Shown here: positions 8,300 to 15,256 of the stretch, one piece after another | How positions within the stretch are numbered: position 1 is the first letter of the stretch | Layout: the number at the start of each line of letters is the position of its first letter | Assembly (NCBI GenBank): GCA_044869275.1 | Contig: JBIOXB010000198.1 | Span: forward strand, 1 to 15,256 | Reading direction: 5' to 3' | From: a bacterium | GTDB lineage: Bacteria > Zhuqueibacterota > Zhuqueibacteria > Zhuqueibacterales > Zhuqueibacteraceae | Length of the DNA: 15,256 nt | The notes under the pieces: model-generated | Told to the model about the DNA's origin: nothing | Seen by the model: the letters and a program-made list of their open reading frames with translations, nothing else | Databases searched by the model: none | Made by a program: the position numbers and the translations under genes

Positions 8300-8992
8300 A
8301 TGAAAAGGCGTCTCCCCCATATCGCTCTCCTCGTCGCGTCGCTCGTTGCTTGGTGGATTAGCGACCATGAAATCATCCCCTGGGTACAGCGCGTCGCTGG
8401 CTACGACCGCATCCACGACAGGGACCTGTCGATACTTCTTGGCCATTGGGTCTTCGGTCAATTGCCCCGAGTCTTGATCTGCGTCGCCGTGTGGCTCGTC
8501 GGTACGCGCTTGGGTTTGATGCCTTCACTGCGCCAGTCGCTTGCCTCGGGAGGATCATGGCGCCGGGTAGTCGTCACCGGTCTCATTGCCACGGCAATTC
8601 TACTCGTTCTCGAGGTGGGCATCGGCGCCGCTGCTGGCGGGACGTTCGGCTTTCACCCGTACTTCACGAAGATGGCCGGCGACCTCGTCAGCAACATGTA
8701 CGAGGAGATCGTGTACCGCGGTCTGATGTTCTGCGCGTTTTACGGCGTGGCTGCGGCCGCGTGCTTTCCTCTCGTCGACAAGCCCGATCGCGCAGGCCTC
8801 GTCGCCGGCATCATTGGCTCGTGCGTCGTCTTCGCCGTGGGGCACGAGCAGTACCAAATTGCCCTGCGCGTACTCGTTGGGGTGGTTGCCGTCGTATTCG
8901 CCTATCCGTGGATCGCGGCGCGTTCGCTCTGGGCCCCGTGGATCCCGCATACGCTGGGCGACGTCATCGTCGACTCGATCCTCAAACTCTGA
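8300..8992 (+). CDS. CPBP-family (Abi / type II CAAX, Rce1-like) intramembrane glutamic endopeptidase
   Basis: 230-aa hydrophobic protein with motifs EEIVYRG (EExxxR), FAVGH (FxxxH) and SLWAPWIPHTLGD (HxxxB). AAGGA lies upstream at 8285-8289. Confidence 0.85.
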   Translation: MKRRLPHIALLVASLVAWWISDHEIIPWVQRVAGYDRIHDRDLSILLGHWVFGQLPRVLICVAVWLVGTRLGLMPSLRQSLASGGSWRRVVVTGLIATAILLVLEVGIGAAAGGTFGFHPYFTKMAGDLVSNMYEEIVYRGLMFCAFYGVAAAACFPLVDKPDRAGLVAGIIGSCVVFAVGHEQYQIALRVLVGVVAVVFAYPWIAARSLWAPWIPHTLGDVIVDSILKL

Positions 8993-9079
8993 CCTATGGA
9001 TCGCGTCTCCCCACACAGAAAGCCCCGAGGGTACACCTGAAGGCTGGACGAAAGAGGGAGATCATATGGAGACGGCCGA

Positions 9080-9150
9080 TGCTCTCCGTGAGCGCACAGG
9101 CGATCAAGGCGGCGCTGGCGAATCCCGTGGAAGCGCTTCGCTATGAATGA
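9080..9150 (+). repeat. Orphan permease 3' tail (LSVSAQAIKAALANPVEALRYE*)
   Basis: 63/71 nt identical to 8203-8273 by manual alignment. No permease body lies upstream. Confidence 0.92.
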
Positions 9151-9200
9151 ATGGTGAAGGGTGAAAGGCACGCCCTTCACCCTTCGCTCTTCCCCCTTCG
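9144..9200. repeat. 7-bp-periodic inverted repeat hairpin
   Basis: TGGTGAA GGGTGAA ... TTCACCC TTCGCTC TTCCCCC TTCG. GAAGGGTGAA (9156-9165) pairs perfectly with TTCACCCTTC (9176-9185). Confidence 0.8.
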
Positions 9201-9215
9201 ACAGAGGAGATAACC

Positions 9216-11630
9216 ATCTTCAAAAACTATCTCAAAATCGCCACGCGCAGTCTCGTGCGGCATCGACTTTTCACCGCGATAAATGTCGTCGGACTGGCGC
9301 TGGGCGTGGCCTGCTGTTTGCTCATTGGATTGTATATCCAAAACGAGCTGAGTTACGATCGTTATCATCGCGATCCCGACAACGTCTTTCGCGTGCTGGT
9401 GCAAAACACCAGAGAGATTGGAAGCTCTTTAGTCTCCGTTACGCCACGCTTTCTTTCTGCCGCTTTGGCCGAAACGTTCCCTGAGATCGAGCGCGCGACG
9501 CAGTTCCGCGCCATGAGCAATACCGTCGGTTATCAAGACAAAGAGTATCCCGAAACGCGCATGATATTTTCGGATACTTCTTTCTTCCAGGTTTTCACCT
9601 TTTCTGCCATTCACGGCAATCTAGCCGCGACCCTTGCCGAGCCGAATGTCACCGTGCTCACGAAGTCATTTGCTGAAAGAATTTTTGGCAAAGAAAACCC
9701 CGTGGGCAAAACCCTGCTGGTGCGTCTCAATGATGGCGAGGCTCCCCCTGCCGAGGTCAGAGTTGCCGCGCTCATGGAAGACGTGCCAAAAAATTCTCAT
9801 TTCAAATTCGACGCCGTTCTCCCGCTGAGTCTGCGATTCCCCCTGAAAGCCCAAACCGGCGCGATGGGATGGCAATGGGCGGAGATGAAAACTTACGTTC
9901 GTTTCACACCTCGCCTCGACCGGCGGCGCTTCGACGAAAAGCTCGCGGATTTTGTGCAGCAGACCGGCGGTAAACGCAACGAGGAGCAACTCGTGTTGCA
10001 ACCGCTCACGAGCATCCATCTGGCCCCTGAGATTCCGTTTGATGAGGTCGAGCATACCGACCGCCGCAACCTCTACATCTTTGCCGGCATCGCCTTGCTC
10101 GTGTTCGTGATTGCCTGTTGCAATTATATGGCGCTGGCGACGGCGCGATATACGCAACGCCTGAAAGAAATCGAGGTGCGGAAAATCATCGGCGCCACCT
10201 CGCTCAAATTGATTTTGCAATTTTTAATCGAAGCGGCATTGATGGCACTGCTCGCTTTGCCGCTGGCGCTGGGGATTGTGGAAATTGCGTTCCGGTCTTT
10301 CGGCCAGTTGCTGGGCAAGGAATTTCAGGTGGATTATGTGAATAATCCCGCGTTTTTATGGATAAACCTGGCGCTGCTCGTTTTCTTCCCCTTGGTTGCC
10401 GGGCTATATCCCGCGTTCTTTTTCTCAAAAATCAGCTCCGCCGCAACACTGAAAGGGCGCAATGCAAGTGTCGGCACTTCCAGGGCGCTGCGCAAATATT
10501 TGATCGTCATCCAATTCAGCATCACCATCGCGCTGTTGGCTTGCGTCGGCGTTATGCAGACCCAATTGCGCTACACGCGCACCAAAGACCTTGGCTACCA
10601 GCATGATAATCTTCTGGCGATAAAGGCCGGCGGACTTGGGCAACACGCAGAAATTTTGAAACAGGCGGCCCTTTCTCATTCTGCCGTCACAGCGGCCACC
10701 TTTAGCGGATGGCTGCCGGGCTATCTTTCTTTTTCAACTGCCATGCCCAATCCCAATGGTGAGGGGAAGATCGAAACTGAATTTGTCGAGGGCGATTGCG
10801 ATTTACTGAAAACATTTCAGATTCAGCTCCGGGAGGGGCGAGATTTCGATTGCCGAAGTCCTGGCGACACGCTGCGCGTTTACCGTAACGGCAAATTCGA
10901 CCGCAGCCTGTTGCCGCGCGTGTCCATTTTGTTGAATGAAACCGCGGTGCGGGCGCTCAATCTTTCGGCGCCGGTGGGAATGGAATTAGATTATGGCGGC
11001 CTTCAGGGAACGGTTATCGGCGTCGTCCAAGACATGCACAATCGTTCGTTGCACAATCACATCAACCCCATGGTGATCCGCTACGCCGATTATGGCGGGC
11101 ACCTGGTCGTAGCCTATCAGCCGGGCCAGGAAGCGGAGGTCCTGCAGCATCTGAAGCGGGAGTGGGAAAAACTCAACTTCAAAAGCGAGTTCGCGTATGT
11201 TTTTCTCAATGATCATCTTCGGCAACTTTACACGGCAGATGAAAAATTTATGCAAATGACGCTGGGGTTCGCCGCGTTGGCGATTATACTCTCCGGCCTC
11301 GGTTTGTTCGGTTTGGCCGTCTTTAGCACGCAACAACGCACGAAAGAGATCGGTATTCGCAAAGTGCTCGGCGCTTCGATCGCCGGTCTCGTCGGCCTAA
11401 TTTCCACTGAATTTGCGATGCTTGTGCTCATCGCCAACCTCGTTGCCTGGCCGGTCGCTTACTATGCGATGAACCAATGGCTGCAAGATTTCGCCTATCG
11501 TATTGAGATCGGCTGGTGGGTGTTTGCCCTCGCGGGCGGAGCGGCGTTGTTGATCGCGTTGCTCACCGTGAGTGCGCAAGCGATGAAAGCCGCGCTAGCG
11601 AATCCGGTAGAAGCGTTGCGATATGAGTGA
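9216..11630 (+). CDS. MacB/FtsX-family ABC permease, 804 aa, with ATC at the homologous start codon (non-canonical start or early pseudogene)
   Basis: GAGGAG (9204-9209) then ATAACC ATC TTC AAA AAC TAT CTC AAA ATC = (I/M)FKNYLKIATRSLVRH, in frame with the ORF-track GTG at 9255. Two FtsX halves, ends ALANPVEALRYE. Confidence 0.88.
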   Translation: MFKNYLKIATRSLVRHRLFTAINVVGLALGVACCLLIGLYIQNELSYDRYHRDPDNVFRVLVQNTREIGSSLVSVTPRFLSAALAETFPEIERATQFRAMSNTVGYQDKEYPETRMIFSDTSFFQVFTFSAIHGNLAATLAEPNVTVLTKSFAERIFGKENPVGKTLLVRLNDGEAPPAEVRVAALMEDVPKNSHFKFDAVLPLSLRFPLKAQTGAMGWQWAEMKTYVRFTPRLDRRRFDEKLADFVQQTGGKRNEEQLVLQPLTSIHLAPEIPFDEVEHTDRRNLYIFAGIALLVFVIACCNYMALATARYTQRLKEIEVRKIIGATSLKLILQFLIEAALMALLALPLALGIVEIAFRSFGQLLGKEFQVDYVNNPAFLWINLALLVFFPLVAGLYPAFFFSKISSAATLKGRNASVGTSRALRKYLIVIQFSITIALLACVGVMQTQLRYTRTKDLGYQHDNLLAIKAGGLGQHAEILKQAALSHSAVTAATFSGWLPGYLSFSTAMPNPNGEGKIETEFVEGDCDLLKTFQIQLREGRDFDCRSPGDTLRVYRNGKFDRSLLPRVSILLNETAVRALNLSAPVGMELDYGGLQGTVIGVVQDMHNRSLHNHINPMVIRYADYGGHLVVAYQPGQEAEVLQHLKREWEKLNFKSEFAYVFLNDHLRQLYTADEKFMQMTLGFAALAIILSGLGLFGLAVFSTQQRTKEIGIRKVLGASIAGLVGLISTEFAMLVLIANLVAWPVAYYAMNQWLQDFAYRIEIGWWVFALAGGAALLIALLTVSAQAMKAALANPVEALRYE

Positions 11631-11631
11631 A

Positions 11632-11730
11632 CAGAGGGCTTGGGGCAGAGGGTAAAGAGCGAGGTAGCCCTCCGCTCTAAGCCCCCAGCCCTCTGCCCTA
11701 AGACTTCGGACCAAAGACTTCGGACTACGC
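11632..11730. repeat. 7/14-bp-periodic inverted repeat hairpin plus tandem AAGACTTCGGAC repeat
   Basis: CAGAGGG CTTGGGG CAGAGGG TAAAGAG ... CCCTCCG CTCTAAG CCCCCAG CCCTCTG CCCTAAG ACTTCGG ACCAAAG ACTTCGG. GGGCAGAGGG (11643-11652) pairs with CCCTCTGCCC (11689-11698). AAGACTTCGGAC occurs at 11700 and 11714. Confidence 0.85.
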
Positions 11731-11731
11731 C

Positions 11732-14179
11732 ATGTTCAAAAACTACCTTAAAATCGCTTTCAGAAGTTTGCTCAAGCAAAGAGCTTATTCGTTCATCAAT
11801 ATCGCCGGTCTTGCCATTGGCATGGCGTGCTGCATCGTGATTTTGTTGATCGTCCAGCATCAGCTCAGCTACGATCGCTTTTTCCAAAACAGTGATCGTC
11901 TGTACCGCGTTGTGCAAGACGTACATTGGGGCAGCGGCGACGTGTGGTCGTGGACTGGCACGCCAATGGCGCCAAATCTCGAACGGGAGATCGCTGCGGT
12001 GGAACGCGCCACGCGTCTCTATTTCAAAAGCACGCTGGTGAACTACCAGAAAGAACCAGCCCCGGTTCGTTTCCAGGAAGATCGCTTCGGTTATGCGGAT
12101 TCCACTTTTTTTGAAGTTTTCTCGTTCAGCTTCATTCAGGGCAATCCTGCGCACGCTCTGAATAATCCTCTATCCCTCGTGCTCACCGCCGCAATGGCTG
12201 AAAAATACTTCGGTGCAGAAAATCCCTTCGGCAAAACTTTGCGTATCGACAACCGCTTCGATTTGCAGGTCACTGGCGTAATCGCCGATGTCCCGGACAA
12301 CTCGCATCTCAAATTTGATTTTGTTGCGGCGTTCCCGGTGATCAATCAGTTTTATAACATTCCAGAATTCACGAGCTGGTGGTGGCCACCCGTCAATACT
12401 TACGTGCGTATAGCCGAAGGCGCGCCGGTGGGAAAGCTTAATGCCGAACAACTGCCGGCCTTTATCAAGCGCCATCGCGAGCCGGAGACCGCGAGCAATG
12501 TCGTGCCCAGGCTGCAGCCGATCACGCGCATCCATCTTTACGGCGCCTCCGGCGATGACGGCGTCATCCGGTATGTCTACATTTTTTCCGCGATTGCCAT
12601 TTTCGTGCTGCTCATTGCCTGCATTAATTTCATGAACCTCGCCACCGCCCGCTCAGCGCAGCGCGCCAGAGAAGTGGGCGTGCGTAAAGTCATCGGCGCC
12701 GGCCGGCCCCAGCTCATCAAACAATTTTTGGGTGAGTCGTTTTTTATGACGCTCCTGGCATTGTTCCTCGGCCTCGTCCTGGCCGAGTTCATTCTCAAAG
12801 TGACCAATACTATAACCGGCCTTGCGATCTCCATAGATTTCGGTAACTTTGGCCTAATATTTGGGTTGGTATTGATTACCCTCGTCGTTGCGCTGCTTTC
12901 TGGGAGCTATCCCGCGTCGTTCTTGTCGAGGTTTTCCCCGGTGCGGATACTCAAAGGCTCGTCCGGAATTTCAGTTGGCGGTAACCGGCTACGCCAGGGT
13001 CTGGTGGTGCTGCAATTTGCCATCTCGACGGCGCTCATCATCGGCACCCTGGTGGTCTTCAACCAACTCAACTTTTTGCGCAGCAAGTCGCTCGGTTTCA
13101 ACACGGAGCAGATTGTTGCCCTGCCGATTCATGATGATGAAAATCTCGATCGAGGTTACGTGTCATTCAAAAATAAATTGCTGCAATCTTCGGGTGTCAT
13201 CAGCGTCTCGGCGGCAAACTGGCTGCCCGGCATCGAGGGCGGCGAGTTCACGCCGGCGAGTGTGGAAGGAATAGCGGAGGAGTTACAAGGCACCGTTCGG
13301 GTGATCTATGTGCGCGACGATTTTCTGAGGACCATAGGCATACCCATAACTGAAGGCCGTGATTTTTCACAGGACTACGCCTCCGATGTCGGCCAAGGCT
13401 TTATTTTGAATGAGACTTTTTGGCGAGGAATTCGCAACGAGGCCTCCCAACGCGGTATGGAACTTGACACCCCCATCGACAAAGGCTTCCGCATTTTTTA
13501 TACTGAGTTTGGCAAACTGGTTTATGAAAGGAGGGGGAAAATCATCGGTGTGGCCAAAGACTTTCATCTTGAAAATCCGCGGTTCGCGCTCGGAGCGGCT
13601 GTGCTCACCTTGGTCGGTGATGATGAAGAAGAACGCAACCGGCTCACCCACTTTCTCGTGCGCGTCGCTCCGGGAAATGCCCGTGAGACCATGAATCATA
13701 TCGAAACGATGTGGAACGATAGTTTTTCCCACCGGCCTTTTGAGCCGATCTTTCTCGACGAGAGATTGGCGAAAGCTTATCAGATCGAGGCCATGTTCGG
13801 CCAGATCGTTGGCGCTTTCGCCATTCTCGCCATCTTCATTGCCGGGCTGGGACTTTTGGGATTGGCCTCATTTACTGCCGAGCGACGCACCAAGGAAATT
13901 GGCGTTCGCAAAGTGCTAGGGGCTTCGGTCTCCAGTATCGTGGGATTGCTTTCAAAGGAATTTGTCAAGCTGGTTCTGATCGCCAATGTCGTGGCGTCAC
14001 CGCTTGCTTATTTTGCGATGAATAAGTGGCTACAAGATTTTGCTTATCGCATCAACCTCGACTGGTGGATGTTCGCGGTGGCGGGGGCCTTGGCCTTGCT
14101 CATCGCATTGGCCACGGTGAGCGCGCAAGCCCTCAAAGCCGCGCTGGCAAATCCGGTCGAAGCGTTGCGGTATGAATAG
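11732..14179 (+). CDS. MacB/FtsX-family ABC transporter permease (duplicated type), intact, 815 aa
   Basis: MFKNYLKIAFRSL start; INFMNLATARSAQRAREVGVRKVIGA; AERRTKEIGVRKVLGA; ends ALANPVEALRYE. Confidence 0.95.
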   Translation: MFKNYLKIAFRSLLKQRAYSFINIAGLAIGMACCIVILLIVQHQLSYDRFFQNSDRLYRVVQDVHWGSGDVWSWTGTPMAPNLEREIAAVERATRLYFKSTLVNYQKEPAPVRFQEDRFGYADSTFFEVFSFSFIQGNPAHALNNPLSLVLTAAMAEKYFGAENPFGKTLRIDNRFDLQVTGVIADVPDNSHLKFDFVAAFPVINQFYNIPEFTSWWWPPVNTYVRIAEGAPVGKLNAEQLPAFIKRHREPETASNVVPRLQPITRIHLYGASGDDGVIRYVYIFSAIAIFVLLIACINFMNLATARSAQRAREVGVRKVIGAGRPQLIKQFLGESFFMTLLALFLGLVLAEFILKVTNTITGLAISIDFGNFGLIFGLVLITLVVALLSGSYPASFLSRFSPVRILKGSSGISVGGNRLRQGLVVLQFAISTALIIGTLVVFNQLNFLRSKSLGFNTEQIVALPIHDDENLDRGYVSFKNKLLQSSGVISVSAANWLPGIEGGEFTPASVEGIAEELQGTVRVIYVRDDFLRTIGIPITEGRDFSQDYASDVGQGFILNETFWRGIRNEASQRGMELDTPIDKGFRIFYTEFGKLVYERRGKIIGVAKDFHLENPRFALGAAVLTLVGDDEEERNRLTHFLVRVAPGNARETMNHIETMWNDSFSHRPFEPIFLDERLAKAYQIEAMFGQIVGAFAILAIFIAGLGLLGLASFTAERRTKEIGVRKVLGASVSSIVGLLSKEFVKLVLIANVVASPLAYFAMNKWLQDFAYRINLDWWMFAVAGALALLIALATVSAQALKAALANPVEALRYE

Positions 14180-14225
14180 CAAAGCGCAGAGGGCATCGCG
14201 CATGGCGTTTTTCTCCGCGCCATGC
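14180..14225. repeat. Heptamer run with hairpin at the end of the array (possible terminator/stabiliser)
   Basis: CAAAGCG CAGAGGG CATCGCG CATGGCG starts on the base after the stop codon. GCATGGCG (14200-14207) pairs with CGCCATGC (14218-14225). No U-tract follows. Confidence 0.65.
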
Positions 14226-14272
14226 AAGTAGACCAGTACGTAACTGCGGCTCCTGCAGTGACCTCTCACTTT

Positions 14273-14300
14273 TTGGCGGTCCTAAACAATCGAGTATACT
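14273..14300 (+). promoter_or_regulatory. Candidate sigma70-like promoter for the MFS gene
   Basis: TTGGCG (14273-14278), 16-nt spacer, TATACT (14295-14300), 4 nt before ATG 14305. Confidence 0.35.
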
Positions 14301-14304
14301 CCAA

Positions 14305-15256
14305 ATGACCACAGCAGCACACGCATTAGAAAGCGATTTGTCAAAACCGTTTCCTGCCAGGTGGCCTTTTTATTATGGCTGGGTTATTCTCTTCATGGCC
14401 GCAGTTGCGATGGTGGCCACACTACCCGGGCGTAGTGTCGGCCTCGGGCTGATTACTGAACCTCTGTTGGCGGACCTCAAGATGCCTCGGCTCAGTTTTG
14501 GCGAGATGAATTTCTGGGCGACGCTGATTGGTGCAGCTTTCAATATGCTCTGCGGCCAGGCCCTCGACCGCTTCGGCGTGCGCAGCATTTCAGTCTTGGT
14601 GCTTTTTGCCCTCAGCCTGGTGGTGTTGGCATTCAGCCAGGTCGCTGGCGCCGGCATGGTATTGTTGCTGCTCATCCTCATGCGCGGCTTTGGGCAAAGC
14701 GCCTTGTCGGTCGTCAGTCTGACCATGGTCGGCAAATGGTTTGTGCGCCGCCTCAGCGTTGCCATGGGTATTTTTTCCGTGATCATCAGCATTGGCTTCG
14801 TAGTTTTGATTCTCGTCGTGCAACAAGCAGTAGCCGAACAAGGGTGGCGCCGCCCTTGGCAAACCATCGGCTGGGCACTTGCGGCGGCGGCATTGCTGAG
14901 CTGGCTGCTCGTCCGTCGCAGCCCGGAAGCGGTCGGTCTTGCGCCGGATCTCGATTTCAATCAGCAGACCGTCGATGAGGACAAGAAGTCCGCGCCGGCA
15001 GCCTTCACGCTGCCACAAGCATTGCGCACAGCAGCCTTCTGGGTATTTGCCACCGGCAGCGCGCTTTACAATTTGGTGATCTCCGGTGTGTTGCTCTTCA
15101 ACCAATCCATTTTGCAGCAGCTTGGTTTGGGAGAAGAGGTTTACCGCAATGCGATGGCAATGTATATGGTTACCGGGATGGCGGGTAATTTTCTCGCAGG
15201 ATGGTTGGCGCGCAAATGGTCACTGTTGCGATTAATGTCCATCGCCATGGTTTTGG
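14305..15256 (+). CDS. MFS transporter, 3'-partial (absent from the ORF track)
   Basis: Manual translation is open to the window end: MTTAAHALESDLSKPFPARWPFYYGWVILFMAAVAMVATLPGRSVGLG...; MFS motif A GQALDRFGVR; RGFGQSALS; VGKWFVRR; GWRRPW; FTLPQALRTAAFW. Confidence 0.92.
   Translation, partial: MTTAAHALESDLSKPFPARWPFYYGWVILFMAAVAMVATLPGRSVGLGLITEPLLADLKMPRLSFGEMNFWATLIGAAFNMLCGQALDRFGVRSISVLVLFALSLVVLAFSQVAGAGMVLLLLILMRGFGQSALSVVSLTMVGKWFVRRLSVAMGIFSVIISIGFVVLILVVQQAVAEQGWRRPWQTIGWALAAAALLSWLLVRRSPEAVGLAPDLDFNQQTVDEDKKSAPAAFTLPQALRTAAFWVFATGSALYNLVISGVLLFNQSILQQLGLGEEVYRNAMAMYMVTGMAGNFLAGWLARKWSLLRLMSIAMVL

Noticed and set aside
8446..9150. 234-aa ORF ending ALANPVEALRYE, a possible fusion protein
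   Set aside because: Arg-rich off-frame shadow of the GC-rich CPBP gene. Only the last ~22 codons are permease-derived.
7621..14179. Diverged tail repeats as a diversity-generating retroelement TR/VR pair
   Set aside because: Differences are mostly synonymous and not adenine-specific, and no reverse transcriptase is present.
9144..14225. Intergenic hairpins as canonical integron attC sites or CRISPR repeats
   Set aside because: No RYYYAAC/GTTRRRY boxes, no constant repeat-spacer pattern, and no integrase or cas gene in the window.
14373..15105. Minus-strand ORFs of 195 and 171 aa
   Set aside because: Antisense shadows of the MFS transporter on the + strand.

Overview
Bacterial window with every real gene on the + strand. 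It is dominated by a tandem array of ~800-aa duplicated MacB/FtsX-type ABC permeases ('M(L/F)KNYLK...ALANPVEALRYE') with no ATPase or adaptor gene in view. Two permeases are intact (5297-7702, 11732-14179), one is full length but has ATC at its start position (9216-11630), one is 3'-truncated next to a dRS3/REP-like inverted doublet (458-2080), and four more survive only as remnants (378-440, 7730-7756, 7757-8273, 9080-9150). Unrelated genes sit between them: an internally deleted PQQ-like beta-propeller gene, a secreted 1018-aa serine alpha/beta-hydrolase and a GC-rich CPBP intramembrane protease. The conserved permease 3' tail occurs six times, and three copies are followed directly by 7-bp-periodic inverted-repeat hairpins. 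Several deletion junctions fall on plausible microhomologies. The locus reads as a high-turnover, cassette-like permease array that gains and loses genes by recombination at conserved permease ends (inference; no recombinase in the window, misassembly not excluded). An MFS transporter missing from the ORF track starts at 14305 and runs off the end. The sequence style suggests an FCB-group organism such as KSB1 (tentative).
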